This document shows, in pieces, positions 18,209-28,453 of a stretch of 30,054 bases of DNA (position 1 is the stretch's first letter; every line of letters starts with the position of its first letter). This DNA comes from a virus (lineage: Duplodnaviria > Caudoviricetes). The stretch spans positions 1 through 30,054 of IMG/VR virus record IMGVR_UViG_3300026187_000062; one strand, written 5' to 3'. A program made the position numbers and the translations under genes. Under the pieces are notes generated by a model. That model made no database searches, was not told where the DNA came from, and saw only the letters and a list, made by a program, of their open reading frames with translations.

Positions 18209-18215
18209 TGTCCCT
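18190..18215 (+). terminator. Stem-loop at end of chaperone pair (terminator or processing hairpin)
   Basis: AGGGACATC-TAAAAAAT-GATGTCCCT perfect 9-bp stem; weak U tail. Confidence 0.55.
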
Positions 18216-18216
18216 T

Positions 18217-18225
18217 AATATTTAT
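18217..18225 (+). promoter_or_regulatory. AATATTTAT putative late promoter
   Basis: Exact copy upstream of the tape measure gene. Confidence 0.6.
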
Positions 18226-18242
18226 AATAAACTCATCTCCTA

Positions 18243-20759
18243 ATGACAAAAGACAATCCAGGAAAAAAGGCAGCTCAAGAGGTAAATGAAGAATTAGGCT
18301 ATCTAGAAGATCAACTTATTAGTATAGCAGATCAATTATCTACCAAAATTAAAGATTCTATTAGTGAAATTAGAGATGAATCTAAAGGAGTAGCTGAAAT
18401 TTTTGGTAAAAACCTAAATAAAAGTATTAAGGATATAGCTCGGGGATCAGATAAAATTTTATCCAATACTGCTAAATTAGCTACAGGTGCCGCCAGTATA
18501 AAAGATATTCAAAAATCACAACTTGAAACTCAAGTAAAACAACTTGCAGCTGAACGTAATCTAACAGTTCTATTAAATCAAGAATTAATAAGTAAAGAAG
18601 ATTACAAAAAATATCAAGCAGAGATAAATGAAGCTACAGAAACTCAAAATAAATTAATAGAGGCTCAATTAAAACAAGCTGTTAAAATTAAGAGTAATAT
18701 GGGGATTACTGGAAACCTAATTAAAGGTATTTCCAAAATCCCAGTATTAGGTAATTTCCTTGATGCTGAAGAAGCATTAACTAAAGCCCAAATGGCGGCT
18801 GCTAAAGAAGGAGGTAATAGAACTAATGTAATGGGTGCTGCCTTTAAACAATTAGGTAAAAGTTTAAAGGAAAACCTAACAGACCCATTAACTATAATGG
18901 CTGTTTCAGGAAAAGCTTTAACTTCTATATTTGGTTTTATTAAAAAATCATTTCTTGATTTTGATAAAGCATCTGTAAATATAGCTAGAAACTTTGGTTC
19001 CACACCCCAATCTGCTAGAGAGTTAACTCATGAATTTAGACAAATATCAGCTAACTCTGATAACATACTATCAACAGTAGGTAATTTATCAGATGCATTT
19101 ACCGGATTAAATTCAGTTGCTGGTACATTTGCTAATTTTGGACAAGAATCAGTTGAAACATATAATAATTTAACTAAAGGGTTAGGGTTAAGTGAACAAG
19201 CTGCTCAAGGAATATATAAGTTTTCTGTTTTACAAGGTAAAGAATTTGGAAATTTCTCAAAAGAATTAGCAGGTCAACTATCTTTAAGAAAAGAACAATC
19301 TGGAGTAGCTTTAAGTGATAAAGCAATATATGAATCATTAACCCAATTATCTGCTCAACAAAGATTAAACATTAAAGGTGGTACACAAGGATTAGTAGAT
19401 TCAGTAATTGAAGCTAAAAAATTAGGTGCTGAGTTTAGTGATTTAAATACAGCCGCTAATAGCTTACTTCAATTTGAGTCATCAATTGGTGCTGAATTAG
19501 AGGCTGAATTATTAACTGGTAGAAGTTTAAATCTTGAAAGAGCAAGAGCAGCAGCTTTATCAGGTGATCAAGTCTCATTAGCAAGAGAATTAAAAGAACA
19601 ATTAGGTACATCTGAAGAATTCAGAAAAATGAATGTTATCCAACAAGAATCATTAGCGAAAGCTTTTGGTATGTCTGCTGACCAAGTAGCAGGTATGTTG
19701 GAAAAACAGGAAATGTTAAATGCCGCTAATAAATTACATTATGACGATGTAGAAAGCATAGCTAAAGCATATGGTGATGCAGCAGATAAAGAAGCATTCT
19801 TAGCTACAATAGGTGATAAAAAATTAAAATCCCAAGTACAAAATTTAACATTCCAGCAAAAAATAAATGCTTTACTAGAAAAATTTAAAGATATTTTTGT
19901 TCAAAAACTTGAACCTAAGTTTAATGATGTTTTAAGTAAATTTGATCAATTTATTAAAGGTGACGGTATTACTAAAATAGCTAATGTAGCTAAAACTGTT
20001 GGTAGTGTTTTTGTTTCTATAGGTAAAGTATTAACAGGACCAATAGGAAAAATAATAGGAGGTTTAGCTGCCTTTGGGGCTCTTAAAATGTTAGTAGGTG
20101 GTATTCCTGTTAGAGTAGTAGGAGGAGGTCCTGGAGGAGCAGGTGGTGGAGGAGGATTAATGGGTTCTTTATTTAATCAAGGAACTGTAACTTCAAAATC
20201 AGGACAAACATATGCTGCTAACTCTCCTCAAGGAAGAATGATTAGAAACATGTCTGGTCAAAAACCTGTAGGTAGAGGTCTTACAGGAATGGGAAGGGGT
20301 TTATTAGGTGCTGGTATAGCAATGGGTGGCAGTATGGCAGGTGGTGCTTTAGAAGAAGCAGGTTATAAAAAATCTGGAGGTTTCTTATCAGGAGCAGCAT
20401 CAGGAGCAGGAATGGGAATGATGTTTGGCCCTTGGGGAGCAGCAATTGGTGGTCTTGTAGGTGGATTAGCTGGTTTAGCAAGTGCTGCCTCTGAAGAACG
20501 TGAACAAGCAAGAGTAGAAGGATTAAAAAACACAGATGCTGCTAAAACATTAAGACAAACTCAAAAAAGTCTGTCAACAACAAACCTTCAAGACTCTAGG
20601 TATGAATCTTTAACTGGTCATTCTGAGACAACAGGAGTAGATAAAACAAACATGCTTTTAGAAAAACAAATATCACTTTTAGAAAAAGGTGGTAACATTA
20701 ATATTGATGGTAATAAAGCAGGTACATACCAAGCTAGAGCTAATTACGCACAAGCTTAA
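18243..20759 (+). CDS. Tape measure protein
   Basis: 838 aa, helical A/L/K/Q-rich, FESSIGAELEAELLTGRSLNLERARAAAL, Gly-rich hydrophobic C-terminal segments; positioned after the chaperones. Confidence 0.88.
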   Translation: MTKDNPGKKAAQEVNEELGYLEDQLISIADQLSTKIKDSISEIRDESKGVAEIFGKNLNKSIKDIARGSDKILSNTAKLATGAASIKDIQKSQLETQVKQLAAERNLTVLLNQELISKEDYKKYQAEINEATETQNKLIEAQLKQAVKIKSNMGITGNLIKGISKIPVLGNFLDAEEALTKAQMAAAKEGGNRTNVMGAAFKQLGKSLKENLTDPLTIMAVSGKALTSIFGFIKKSFLDFDKASVNIARNFGSTPQSARELTHEFRQISANSDNILSTVGNLSDAFTGLNSVAGTFANFGQESVETYNNLTKGLGLSEQAAQGIYKFSVLQGKEFGNFSKELAGQLSLRKEQSGVALSDKAIYESLTQLSAQQRLNIKGGTQGLVDSVIEAKKLGAEFSDLNTAANSLLQFESSIGAELEAELLTGRSLNLERARAAALSGDQVSLARELKEQLGTSEEFRKMNVIQQESLAKAFGMSADQVAGMLEKQEMLNAANKLHYDDVESIAKAYGDAADKEAFLATIGDKKLKSQVQNLTFQQKINALLEKFKDIFVQKLEPKFNDVLSKFDQFIKGDGITKIANVAKTVGSVFVSIGKVLTGPIGKIIGGLAAFGALKMLVGGIPVRVVGGGPGGAGGGGGLMGSLFNQGTVTSKSGQTYAANSPQGRMIRNMSGQKPVGRGLTGMGRGLLGAGIAMGGSMAGGALEEAGYKKSGGFLSGAASGAGMGMMFGPWGAAIGGLVGGLAGLASAASEEREQARVEGLKNTDAAKTLRQTQKSLSTTNLQDSRYESLTGHSETTGVDKTNMLLEKQISLLEKGGNINIDGNKAGTYQARANYAQA

Positions 20760-20766
20760 CTTTTTA

Positions 20767-20775
20767 AATATTTAT
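20767..20775 (+). promoter_or_regulatory. AATATTTAT putative late promoter
   Basis: Exact copy upstream of the baseplate genes. Confidence 0.6.
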
Positions 20776-20789
20776 AATAAAATAAAATT

Positions 20790-21065
20790 ATGGCACTTAA
20801 AGATAAATTAAAGGATTCAAATCTAGGATTAAAAGGACTCACACCAACTACTAATCCAGGGGCTACAAAACAATCAAAACTTCATGCTAGTAATGATGAG
20901 CCTGGGTATTCATTAGGTGGTGCTTTTAAAGGTGACGTTGATAAAGCTTATCAAGCATATAATGATGGAGATAGTAGCAATACATTACCGTCTCCTTCCC
21001 AACTAGATAGGAAAGATGGCTTAGTACCTGACTCAGACAAATACATGAACAACTTGCCTGAATAA
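20790..21065 (+). CDS. Hypothetical virion protein
   Basis: 91-aa ORF with late-type motif; N-terminus MALK..L shared with the next gene. Confidence 0.65.
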   Translation: MALKDKLKDSNLGLKGLTPTTNPGATKQSKLHASNDEPGYSLGGAFKGDVDKAYQAYNDGDSSNTLPSPSQLDRKDGLVPDSDKYMNNLPE

Positions 21066-21068
21066 TAA

Positions 21069-22667
21069 ATGGCGTTAAAACAATTACTAAATAATGTAGA
21101 TAATTTTAAATATTATCCTGGCCCATCATCAGGTAATGGGAAATCTTATTCTAGAACAGGACAATTTGGTCAAAAGAGTATCCCATATGGAGATAATGGG
21201 CCCTACATTCAAGTTAGTAAAAAAGATAGTTTTGATTTAACTAGAGAAGAATTACAAACAAACGCTAGTTTATATAATAGTCAATTATCTAGAGGAGGAA
21301 CTCAAGTAGCTAAACGTATAGCAGAAGATGAAGTTAGGATAGGTAAATTTTTATCTTCAACAGAAGGTTTAATCTTTATTGCTAAACAAAATTTACTAGA
21401 AAAAACATTTAAACCTAATTTACCAAATGATATTTACCCAAGAGAAGTATATAGTCCTTTAAGTACTTTAACTCAATTAGCAGGTAACCCTGTTGGTTTA
21501 CATGTTAATAAATCTGGTTTAAACCCTTTATATTTTAATACTGAAGAAAATTCATATTTCTTCAAAACTAGAGATAAATACAATGAAGATAGTACTAATA
21601 GATTAGCCATCTTATACCAATCTAAAATAGTAAATAATGGTACAGGTAGTGTAGATTTAAAAATAGCTGAAGATTTTGGTGTTAAGTTTAATGATTCAAA
21701 TTTTATTATTAATACACCTCTTAACAACTATAAGAGAATAAGTGAAACAAATATAAATTCCACTAATTCAGATCTATCCAACTCTCCTTATTCTACTCTA
21801 AGTAGTGATCAATTAGCTGAGAAAGAAAGAAATTCTGAACTTACTGATTTTAGAAAAGATGTATATGATGGGGGACCTGATGGAACAGGTGGATATAAAT
21901 TTAAAAGTTTTTTAGCTAAAGGAAATTATGAAGTTAATAATAGACAAACAACTTATGGTACTCCTAATCACGCTATAACTAAAAATATTTCTGATATAAC
22001 AGCAAAATCTGCTTCACCAAATTCAATAGATAAGATTAATTCAACACGAATCTATTCATCAACAGAAGTAAATTCAGATATAGCTGATTCAGATCTAGTA
22101 CCTTTTTACTTCCAGGTAGTTAATAATGATGATCCTTCTAATTATCAATTTATTCATTTACGTGCTTATTTAGATAATTTTGGAGATAATTTCTCAAGTA
22201 ATTGGCAAGCATTTAAATATTCAGGAAGAGGTGAAAATTTCTACATATATGATAGTTTCACTAGAGGACTTAATATTGGGTTTACAGTAGCTATTGAATC
22301 AAGAGCAGAACAAGAACCTCAATATACTAAAATAAATCAATTAGTATCTTTAACCGCTCCAGATTATTCTAGAGAAAGCGGGTTTATGCGAGGTAATTTT
22401 GTTAAATTAACAGTAGGTGATTATCTTATACAAGTGCCTGGATTTATACAAAATTTACAATACACAGTAGCTAATAATGTTCCTTGGGATATAGCTAGAG
22501 ATAATGATGGTAAGTTATTAGAAAAAACTCAAGCAAAAATATTACCTATGGTAATAACAGCTACTATGACATTTACTCCTGTACATAATTTTGTACCGAA
22601 AAAAGGAGCTCCATTTATTGGGGATTATACTTATAATGACCCTGTTGAAAACCCATTAAATAATTAA
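21069..22667 (+). CDS. Baseplate/tail-tube initiator-like protein
   Basis: C-terminal tube-like domain (HLRAYLDNFGDNFSSNW...YSGRGENFYIYDSFTR...VKLTVGDY); located between tape measure and LysM gene. Confidence 0.65.
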   Translation: MALKQLLNNVDNFKYYPGPSSGNGKSYSRTGQFGQKSIPYGDNGPYIQVSKKDSFDLTREELQTNASLYNSQLSRGGTQVAKRIAEDEVRIGKFLSSTEGLIFIAKQNLLEKTFKPNLPNDIYPREVYSPLSTLTQLAGNPVGLHVNKSGLNPLYFNTEENSYFFKTRDKYNEDSTNRLAILYQSKIVNNGTGSVDLKIAEDFGVKFNDSNFIINTPLNNYKRISETNINSTNSDLSNSPYSTLSSDQLAEKERNSELTDFRKDVYDGGPDGTGGYKFKSFLAKGNYEVNNRQTTYGTPNHAITKNISDITAKSASPNSIDKINSTRIYSSTEVNSDIADSDLVPFYFQVVNNDDPSNYQFIHLRAYLDNFGDNFSSNWQAFKYSGRGENFYIYDSFTRGLNIGFTVAIESRAEQEPQYTKINQLVSLTAPDYSRESGFMRGNFVKLTVGDYLIQVPGFIQNLQYTVANNVPWDIARDNDGKLLEKTQAKILPMVITATMTFTPVHNFVPKKGAPFIGDYTYNDPVENPLNN

Positions 22668-22673
22668 AAAGTA

Positions 22674-22985
22674 ATGAATAGATATCAGAATTATATATTA
22701 CAAAATACAGCTAATTCTTCAGGTACTATTACCTCTTTTACTAGAGCTAAGTATCCTGATATTCCTTTTACAGAAAATGATATCTATGTTTATACAACAA
22801 TAGGAGATCGTTTAGATAATTTATCACAACAATATTATGGCTCCCCAGAATATTATTGGATAATATCTACAGCAAATCCAGAATTAGGTTTTGACTCATT
22901 ATATTTACCAGAAGGAGAACAAATCAGAATACCAGGAAATCTAAGTAATATACTTTTAAGTTTTAAAAATTTAAATAATCAATAA
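22674..22985 (+). CDS. LysM-like baseplate wedge protein (gp53/P2 gpX-like)
   Basis: GDRLDNLSQQYYGSPEYYWIISTANP...GEQIRIP. Confidence 0.85.
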   Translation: MNRYQNYILQNTANSSGTITSFTRAKYPDIPFTENDIYVYTTIGDRLDNLSQQYYGSPEYYWIISTANPELGFDSLYLPEGEQIRIPGNLSNILLSFKNLNNQ

Positions 22986-22986
22986 T

Positions 22987-25900
22987 ATGGGAAATATTAT
23001 AGGTGAAGTTTTTGATGAATATGTTAACCAACAAATAAGAAAAAGACAGATTGTTTTAGGTTTAGATATCTCTAATAATGACTCTATTAGCCAATGGAAA
23101 TTCAACAATTCAGCTTGGATTAGAATGGTTTCTTCTGTTGATATTAGTTCTGAAAAAGCTGCAGAAATAGGATTAAGTAATAATTATACTGGTCCAAAAT
23201 TAGCAGAAAATTTTATATTGTATAATGGTGTGTCTTCTGTAATAGGAGAAGGTGAAAATATTTCATTTAATCCTTCAACAAATAATCAAGAATATTTTAT
23301 AGATAATAAAGCTTTTTCAATAAAAAATACTTATGGCTTTGCAGGATTAAACCCAGATATTAGACCTATGCCGGGTATTGAATCTGTAAAAGTAGGTTAT
23401 ATAAATAGAGGATTTTTAGCTACAGTTGATATAGAATTAACAGCATATAGTAAAGAACAATTATATATAATAGATGCTCTATTTTTACACCCAGGATATA
23501 CCTTTTTATTAGAATGGGGTCATACACGTTATATTGACAATAATACAGGAAATATAATACATATTGATCCTGATAATCTTATAACAACTCCTTTTAAAAA
23601 AATATTAAGACCATCATCTACAGATACTCAATATACTATTCTAAATTCAATCCAAAATGAAAAATCAAAACGATCAGGTAACTATGATGCTTTTTATGGT
23701 GTTATTAAAAATTTCCAATATTCTTACCAATCAAATGGAAGTTATAAAATAACAATTAAAGCTGTTAGTCAAGGTGATATTATAGAAAATTTAAAAATTA
23801 ATACAGTTGACCCTGAAAAAGCATTAAGTCCTAAACAACAGTTAAAAGATGCCCAAAGAAGAAAAAAAGAATTAGAACAACTTGAAAAAGACTTCCAGAA
23901 TGCTAAAAGTTATATTTCCCCAAATATAGGAGCTGTTGATCCTGAATCAGATGCAATAAAAGGATTAGCTTCAATACGAGCATCCAGCTGGACTCGAATT
24001 GATGATTTGTCAGGTGAAGTAGTACCTCCAGGTGAACAAACAAACCAAGAAAAATTCCCCAATATAAATTTACCCCAAAATTTAAGAGAGGCAGAGGCTC
24101 AACGATTCCTTGCTAGTCAATTAAAACAAGTTTTAGCAGATGAATTTAATAAAATAATTAATGAGTATCCTAATAAAGTAAGAGAGTTAACTGGTGAAGA
24201 TATATTAGCAAATAATCTAACTGATAGGTATGCTGGTAAATCTAAATTAAATAAACAACTTAAAATTTGGAAACAAACAATAAATAATAACCTCTCAACA
24301 AACACCCCAGGTTTAATAGGTATAAAATATATTGAAACGGACCAATCAACAGATAATGTAGATGGTAAATTAGGTGGAGGTATTGAAAATACATTATATT
24401 ATGTTCAATTCCGTACTTTGTTAAGGTGGATTCAAAATAATATTTTAATTTATAATAAATCTACAAGTAATCCCTATTTTAAAATTGATACAGGAGCAAA
24501 AAATTATATGCTCCATTTCCCTAAACAAATATCAGCTAACCCAAAAATTTGTTTAGTTGCCGTAAAAGATGGTAAATTAGATAGAAAAAAAGTCGAAGAA
24601 TATCGTAAAATTAAAAATGATTCAATAGATTTAGGAAGAGTAGATTCAAATGGTAATACAGAGTATATAGATACCAAAAGTGCTTTGGGAAGATATAAAA
24701 ATGCATTATTTGATGAATCAAAAGTTGTAACTACTTCTGTTCCAACAGAAGGAGTAAAAGAATCTGATATCAAATATGGACGCCTTCCAGCAAAATTTAT
24801 TCAACCTTATCAAAAAATATTAAAAGATGGAAAAAAAGAATACTATCCTACTACCGTTTCTGAGAAATTTTTAGTTAATGATAATAGTTACATAGCTGAT
24901 ATGATGTATATTCAGGTTAATTTAGATTTTATAGCATCTGTTGCTAATGATAATATAAATTTAGATGGAAATTTAAGTTTTATTACATTTCTAAAAGAAT
25001 TATTAAATGGACTTAAAGCATCATTAGGGTATATAAATAATTTTGAGGTAACTTATGATAGAGAAACTAATTATATTAAAATATATGATAATAATATTTT
25101 AAAATATGGTAATAAAAAAGAAAAAAATAATGTACCTGAACGTTTTGTTGTAAATGGTTTTGATCCAGTAAATATTCAAAACTCAACACAACAATATTTA
25201 CTTGGTAGTTTTGTAGAAAATGTTAATTTTACTTCAAACCTAAGTAATAATTTTGCCAATATGGTTACTATTGCTTCTCAAGCCCAATCTGATGTTTTAG
25301 GTATGAGTACAACAGGACTATCTAGATTTAATGATGGATTAACTGATAGAATTATACCAAGAAAACAATCAAAAGATGAAATTGATAACAATGAAAAAGC
25401 TTTATCTGATGAAGATATAGTAAAAATGAAACAAAATGCTAAAGACATAGCAGGAGAAATTTGGGGAGAATTTAAATTTAGTAATGACACTATAGATATT
25501 TTTATGTCATTAAATAGAGACATAGCTAATTATGAAATAAACAAAGTAGTTAAAAAAGGAGATATTCCCTCTCCTTTAGTTATACCTTTTAATCTATCAT
25601 TACAAATGATGGGACTTTCAGGAATGAAAATTAATGAGGTATTTAATGTTAGTGAAAAGATTTTACCTCCTATGTTTGATAATAAAGCCTATAGTTTTAT
25701 AACTAAAGCAGTTTCCCATGAAATTAAAGGTAACAAATGGACTACAACTTTAGAAAGCCAAGTTATAAATAAAGAAGATCCAAAGGTACCAGATATTCCT
25801 GTATCAGATGTTGATTATTTAAAATTTACCTCTACACAAAATACTTCCTCATCCCCAATTAAAGATTGTCCTGCTTGGACTCCAAATAGAACAGGTGGTG

Positions 25901-26523
25901 GTGGTTTGTTAACTCCAAATCAAGTAATTTTAGACTCATTAAAAGAAGCAAAATTTATTACAGAAGCTACTTTTGCCTCATTTAAATCTACAGCTTCTCC
26001 TTCAGTAAAATTTGCTGCTATTATAGCAACACAAGAAGGATATGGAAGAACCACCACAACAGGATATAAAAATAACAATCCAGGAAATATAATAGGTAAA
26101 GGTACAGCAGGATCAGTAACTAAAACAGTAACTAGAGGAAATAAACCTGAAACTTACACCTATGCTAAATACACTACTAAAAAAGATGGATGGGATGCTT
26201 TAATAAATAAATTTGTAACAGGTTGGGTTAAAGAAGGAAAATTACTCCCATATGATGGAAGTACTCTATACCCTGATTGTTTTGCTACTGCTGATAATAC
26301 TAGATTTAAACAATTAAAAACTCCAATTCAAGAAAATATATCATATAACTATAAAGCAAAAGAAACCCCTACATTAAGACAATATTTATACCAGTTCTGC
26401 CCTCCATCATCAGCAGGAACAGATTCAACAGTAGGGTATATTTCTAATGTTGCTAAAAGTTTAAAAGAGTATGGGTTAAATATAAGTTCAATTGATGAAC
26501 CAATGACAAATTATATAACATAA
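22987..26523 (+). CDS. Large baseplate hub-like protein with putative C-terminal lysozyme-like domain
   Basis: 1178 aa following the LysM gene; RPMPGIESV, PGYTFLLEWGH, GNYDAFYG, VSHEIKGNKWTTTLES, then QEGY...NNNPGNI. Confidence 0.65.
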   Translation: MGNIIGEVFDEYVNQQIRKRQIVLGLDISNNDSISQWKFNNSAWIRMVSSVDISSEKAAEIGLSNNYTGPKLAENFILYNGVSSVIGEGENISFNPSTNNQEYFIDNKAFSIKNTYGFAGLNPDIRPMPGIESVKVGYINRGFLATVDIELTAYSKEQLYIIDALFLHPGYTFLLEWGHTRYIDNNTGNIIHIDPDNLITTPFKKILRPSSTDTQYTILNSIQNEKSKRSGNYDAFYGVIKNFQYSYQSNGSYKITIKAVSQGDIIENLKINTVDPEKALSPKQQLKDAQRRKKELEQLEKDFQNAKSYISPNIGAVDPESDAIKGLASIRASSWTRIDDLSGEVVPPGEQTNQEKFPNINLPQNLREAEAQRFLASQLKQVLADEFNKIINEYPNKVRELTGEDILANNLTDRYAGKSKLNKQLKIWKQTINNNLSTNTPGLIGIKYIETDQSTDNVDGKLGGGIENTLYYVQFRTLLRWIQNNILIYNKSTSNPYFKIDTGAKNYMLHFPKQISANPKICLVAVKDGKLDRKKVEEYRKIKNDSIDLGRVDSNGNTEYIDTKSALGRYKNALFDESKVVTTSVPTEGVKESDIKYGRLPAKFIQPYQKILKDGKKEYYPTTVSEKFLVNDNSYIADMMYIQVNLDFIASVANDNINLDGNLSFITFLKELLNGLKASLGYINNFEVTYDRETNYIKIYDNNILKYGNKKEKNNVPERFVVNGFDPVNIQNSTQQYLLGSFVENVNFTSNLSNNFANMVTIASQAQSDVLGMSTTGLSRFNDGLTDRIIPRKQSKDEIDNNEKALSDEDIVKMKQNAKDIAGEIWGEFKFSNDTIDIFMSLNRDIANYEINKVVKKGDIPSPLVIPFNLSLQMMGLSGMKINEVFNVSEKILPPMFDNKAYSFITKAVSHEIKGNKWTTTLESQVINKEDPKVPDIPVSDVDYLKFTSTQNTSSSPIKDCPAWTPNRTGGGGLLTPNQVILDSLKEAKFITEATFASFKSTASPSVKFAAIIATQEGYGRTTTTGYKNNNPGNIIGKGTAGSVTKTVTRGNKPETYTYAKYTTKKDGWDALINKFVTGWVKEGKLLPYDGSTLYPDCFATADNTRFKQLKTPIQENISYNYKAKETPTLRQYLYQFCPPSSAGTDSTVGYISNVAKSLKEYGLNISSIDEPMTNYIT

Positions 26524-27122
26524 TGTATTTTCCAAAAAATAAAATAAAAACTAATTTATATGCTGGTAAAGGAGAATTTTATTATGCTGATAATTTATCT
26601 CCATTTACAGGATATTACTACTCTCTATACAATGGAAAATATTTTGAAGGTAAATCCCCAATAAAAGGAAATAGAGAAATAGTCCCTGCATCATTAACTG
26701 AAACTGAAACTCAAATATCAACCCTTGGCACCCTAGAAAACCCTCCAGGATATTCAAATGATAAAACATCCTTAATTATAACTAATTCTCAAGTAAGAAA
26801 ATTACCTTCTTTTTATTACCCCCAACCAACAGAAAAAGATTATACAACAGGCCAATTTAGAAGATATTTTTGTAAAAAAGTAAATGAAAACATATTTTTA
26901 GAAATTAATAAAACAGATTACAATGCTTTATTTAATAAAGATCCTAATTATGTTTTTTCATTATATACACCTCTTTACTTATATTGGTACTTAACAGGTG
27001 ATAAAGACCAAGTAGCAACAATCAATAAACGAGTAACCTTACAAGCACAAAACCTATTACAATTACCTAGTTTAGGTAAATTTGTAGAAAATATAGGAGG
27101 TTATTTAAAATTCTATAAGTAA
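26523..27122 (+). CDS. Hypothetical protein (end of tail module)
   Basis: 199-aa ORF with TAATG coupling; Tyr-rich, PQPTEKDY..G.F.RYFCKKVN. Confidence 0.7.
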   Translation: MYFPKNKIKTNLYAGKGEFYYADNLSPFTGYYYSLYNGKYFEGKSPIKGNREIVPASLTETETQISTLGTLENPPGYSNDKTSLIITNSQVRKLPSFYYPQPTEKDYTTGQFRRYFCKKVNENIFLEINKTDYNALFNKDPNYVFSLYTPLYLYWYLTGDKDQVATINKRVTLQAQNLLQLPSLGKFVENIGGYLKFYK

Positions 27123-27154
27123 CTTGGTAATACAAAACCTTGATAGTATATTAA
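27123..27154 (+). promoter_or_regulatory. TTGG-N19-TATATT putative host-type promoter
   Basis: TTGG 27124-27 and TATATT 27147-52, upstream of the polymerase gene. Confidence 0.6.
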
Positions 27155-27169
27155 CGACAAATCAAGGTT

Positions 27170-28453
27170 ATGTTTTGGTTAATAGAGAAAGAAGAACATT
27201 TAGATTATCTTAAAGAAAAACCCATTCATGAGGCGTTTGTTGAGATAATTCCATATCATAATAATGTTCATCCTGCTTTAAACGACATTTCATTAGTTTA
27301 TATTAGACCGTTTAATGACACTAAAGGGTATATGTTATGTGTTGACCATAGTGAGACTTCCTCATTAAATAAAACGTTAATAAGTGGTATACTACAAAAT
27401 ATAAAGCGAGTATGGGTACGGGATAAAAAGACAGCATTATATTATTTTCCAATTAAAAGCCTGTTCGACCTAACACCACTTAACCCTACGTATATACAAA
27501 AAGAAACACCAATCAATAACTTTATTTACTCTAAAAAATACAATAAACCTAATAGACTAATTCCAGTAAGTAAACATTATGAGGAATGTGAGAATATTTA
27601 TAATCAAGTTCATAGTGTTATACCTAAAGAGTTACCTTCATACTTTGATTTTTACAACAACAAGGTAGTTTTAGCATTTTTTGGAATAGAAAAGAATGGA
27701 CTACAAATAGATAAAGATAAATTTTATAAACATTATGAACCTAATGAAGAATACTATTCAATACAAGACAGTAGAATTTACACCAGTTACAATTTGGCTA
27801 CAACAACTCGTAGACCAAGTAACTCTTTTAACGGCATTAACTTTGCCGCTTTAAATAAAGAAAATGGCGCAAGGAGGAGCTTCATATCGAGTCATGGGTT
27901 TGTGGAACTTGATATTAGTGCATACCATCCCAATCTTGCTGCTCGTTTGGTTGCCATGGATTTTGATGGACAGGATGTTCACCAAACGTTTGCCGACCTC
28001 TATGGGGTCTCATATAAAGAGGCAAAAGAGCTTACATTCAAACAACTTTATGGTGGTGTATTTAAAGAATATGCGCATTTGGAATTTTTTCAAAAAGTTA
28101 GCAAGTTTATTGAGGAAAAGTGGAGAGAGTTTCAAGAGCAAGGAAAAGTAGAAGTTCCCATATCTGGATACTTTTTTTATAAAGACAAATTGGAAAATAT
28201 GAATCCACAAAAGCTGTTTAACTATATGTTACAGAATGTGGAAAGTGCTGTAAACACGTATATATTGATGGATATACATAAATTGTTAAGAGGGCGTAAA
28301 ACTAAGATAGTTTTATATACTTATGACAGTTTTTTATTTGAGGTTGGAGAAGGGGAAAATGATATTGAGATTGAGATAAATAAAATTTTTAAAAAATATA
28401 AATTACAAACAAAAACAAGTTATGGAGACACATACGATTTTACAGGAAAATGA
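27170..28453 (+). CDS. Short, divergent family A DNA polymerase-like protein
   Basis: IEKNGL, TTRRPSN, NFAAL, motif A ELDISAYHP, DVH, motif B AKELTFKQLYGG, NYMLQ and motif C LYTYDSFLF. Confidence 0.82.
   Translation: MFWLIEKEEHLDYLKEKPIHEAFVEIIPYHNNVHPALNDISLVYIRPFNDTKGYMLCVDHSETSSLNKTLISGILQNIKRVWVRDKKTALYYFPIKSLFDLTPLNPTYIQKETPINNFIYSKKYNKPNRLIPVSKHYEECENIYNQVHSVIPKELPSYFDFYNNKVVLAFFGIEKNGLQIDKDKFYKHYEPNEEYYSIQDSRIYTSYNLATTTRRPSNSFNGINFAALNKENGARRSFISSHGFVELDISAYHPNLAARLVAMDFDGQDVHQTFADLYGVSYKEAKELTFKQLYGGVFKEYAHLEFFQKVSKFIEEKWREFQEQGKVEVPISGYFFYKDKLENMNPQKLFNYMLQNVESAVNTYILMDIHKLLRGRKTKIVLYTYDSFLFEVGEGENDIEIEINKIFKKYKLQTKTSYGDTYDFTGK

Noticed and set aside
6805-25523. Short minus-strand ORFs inside + strand genes
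   Set aside because: Antisense to well-supported genes, with no recognisable motifs.
14838-26523. Extracellular contractile injection system or tailocin
   Set aside because: Contiguous phage replication genes (PolA, gp32-like SSB, UvsX-like) and the promoter organisation favour a phage, although no capsid gene is in the window.
27864-28210. Alternative-frame 95-aa ORF and antisense 66-aa ORF inside the polymerase
   Set aside because: They overlap polymerase motifs A-B and have no independent signals; likely chance.
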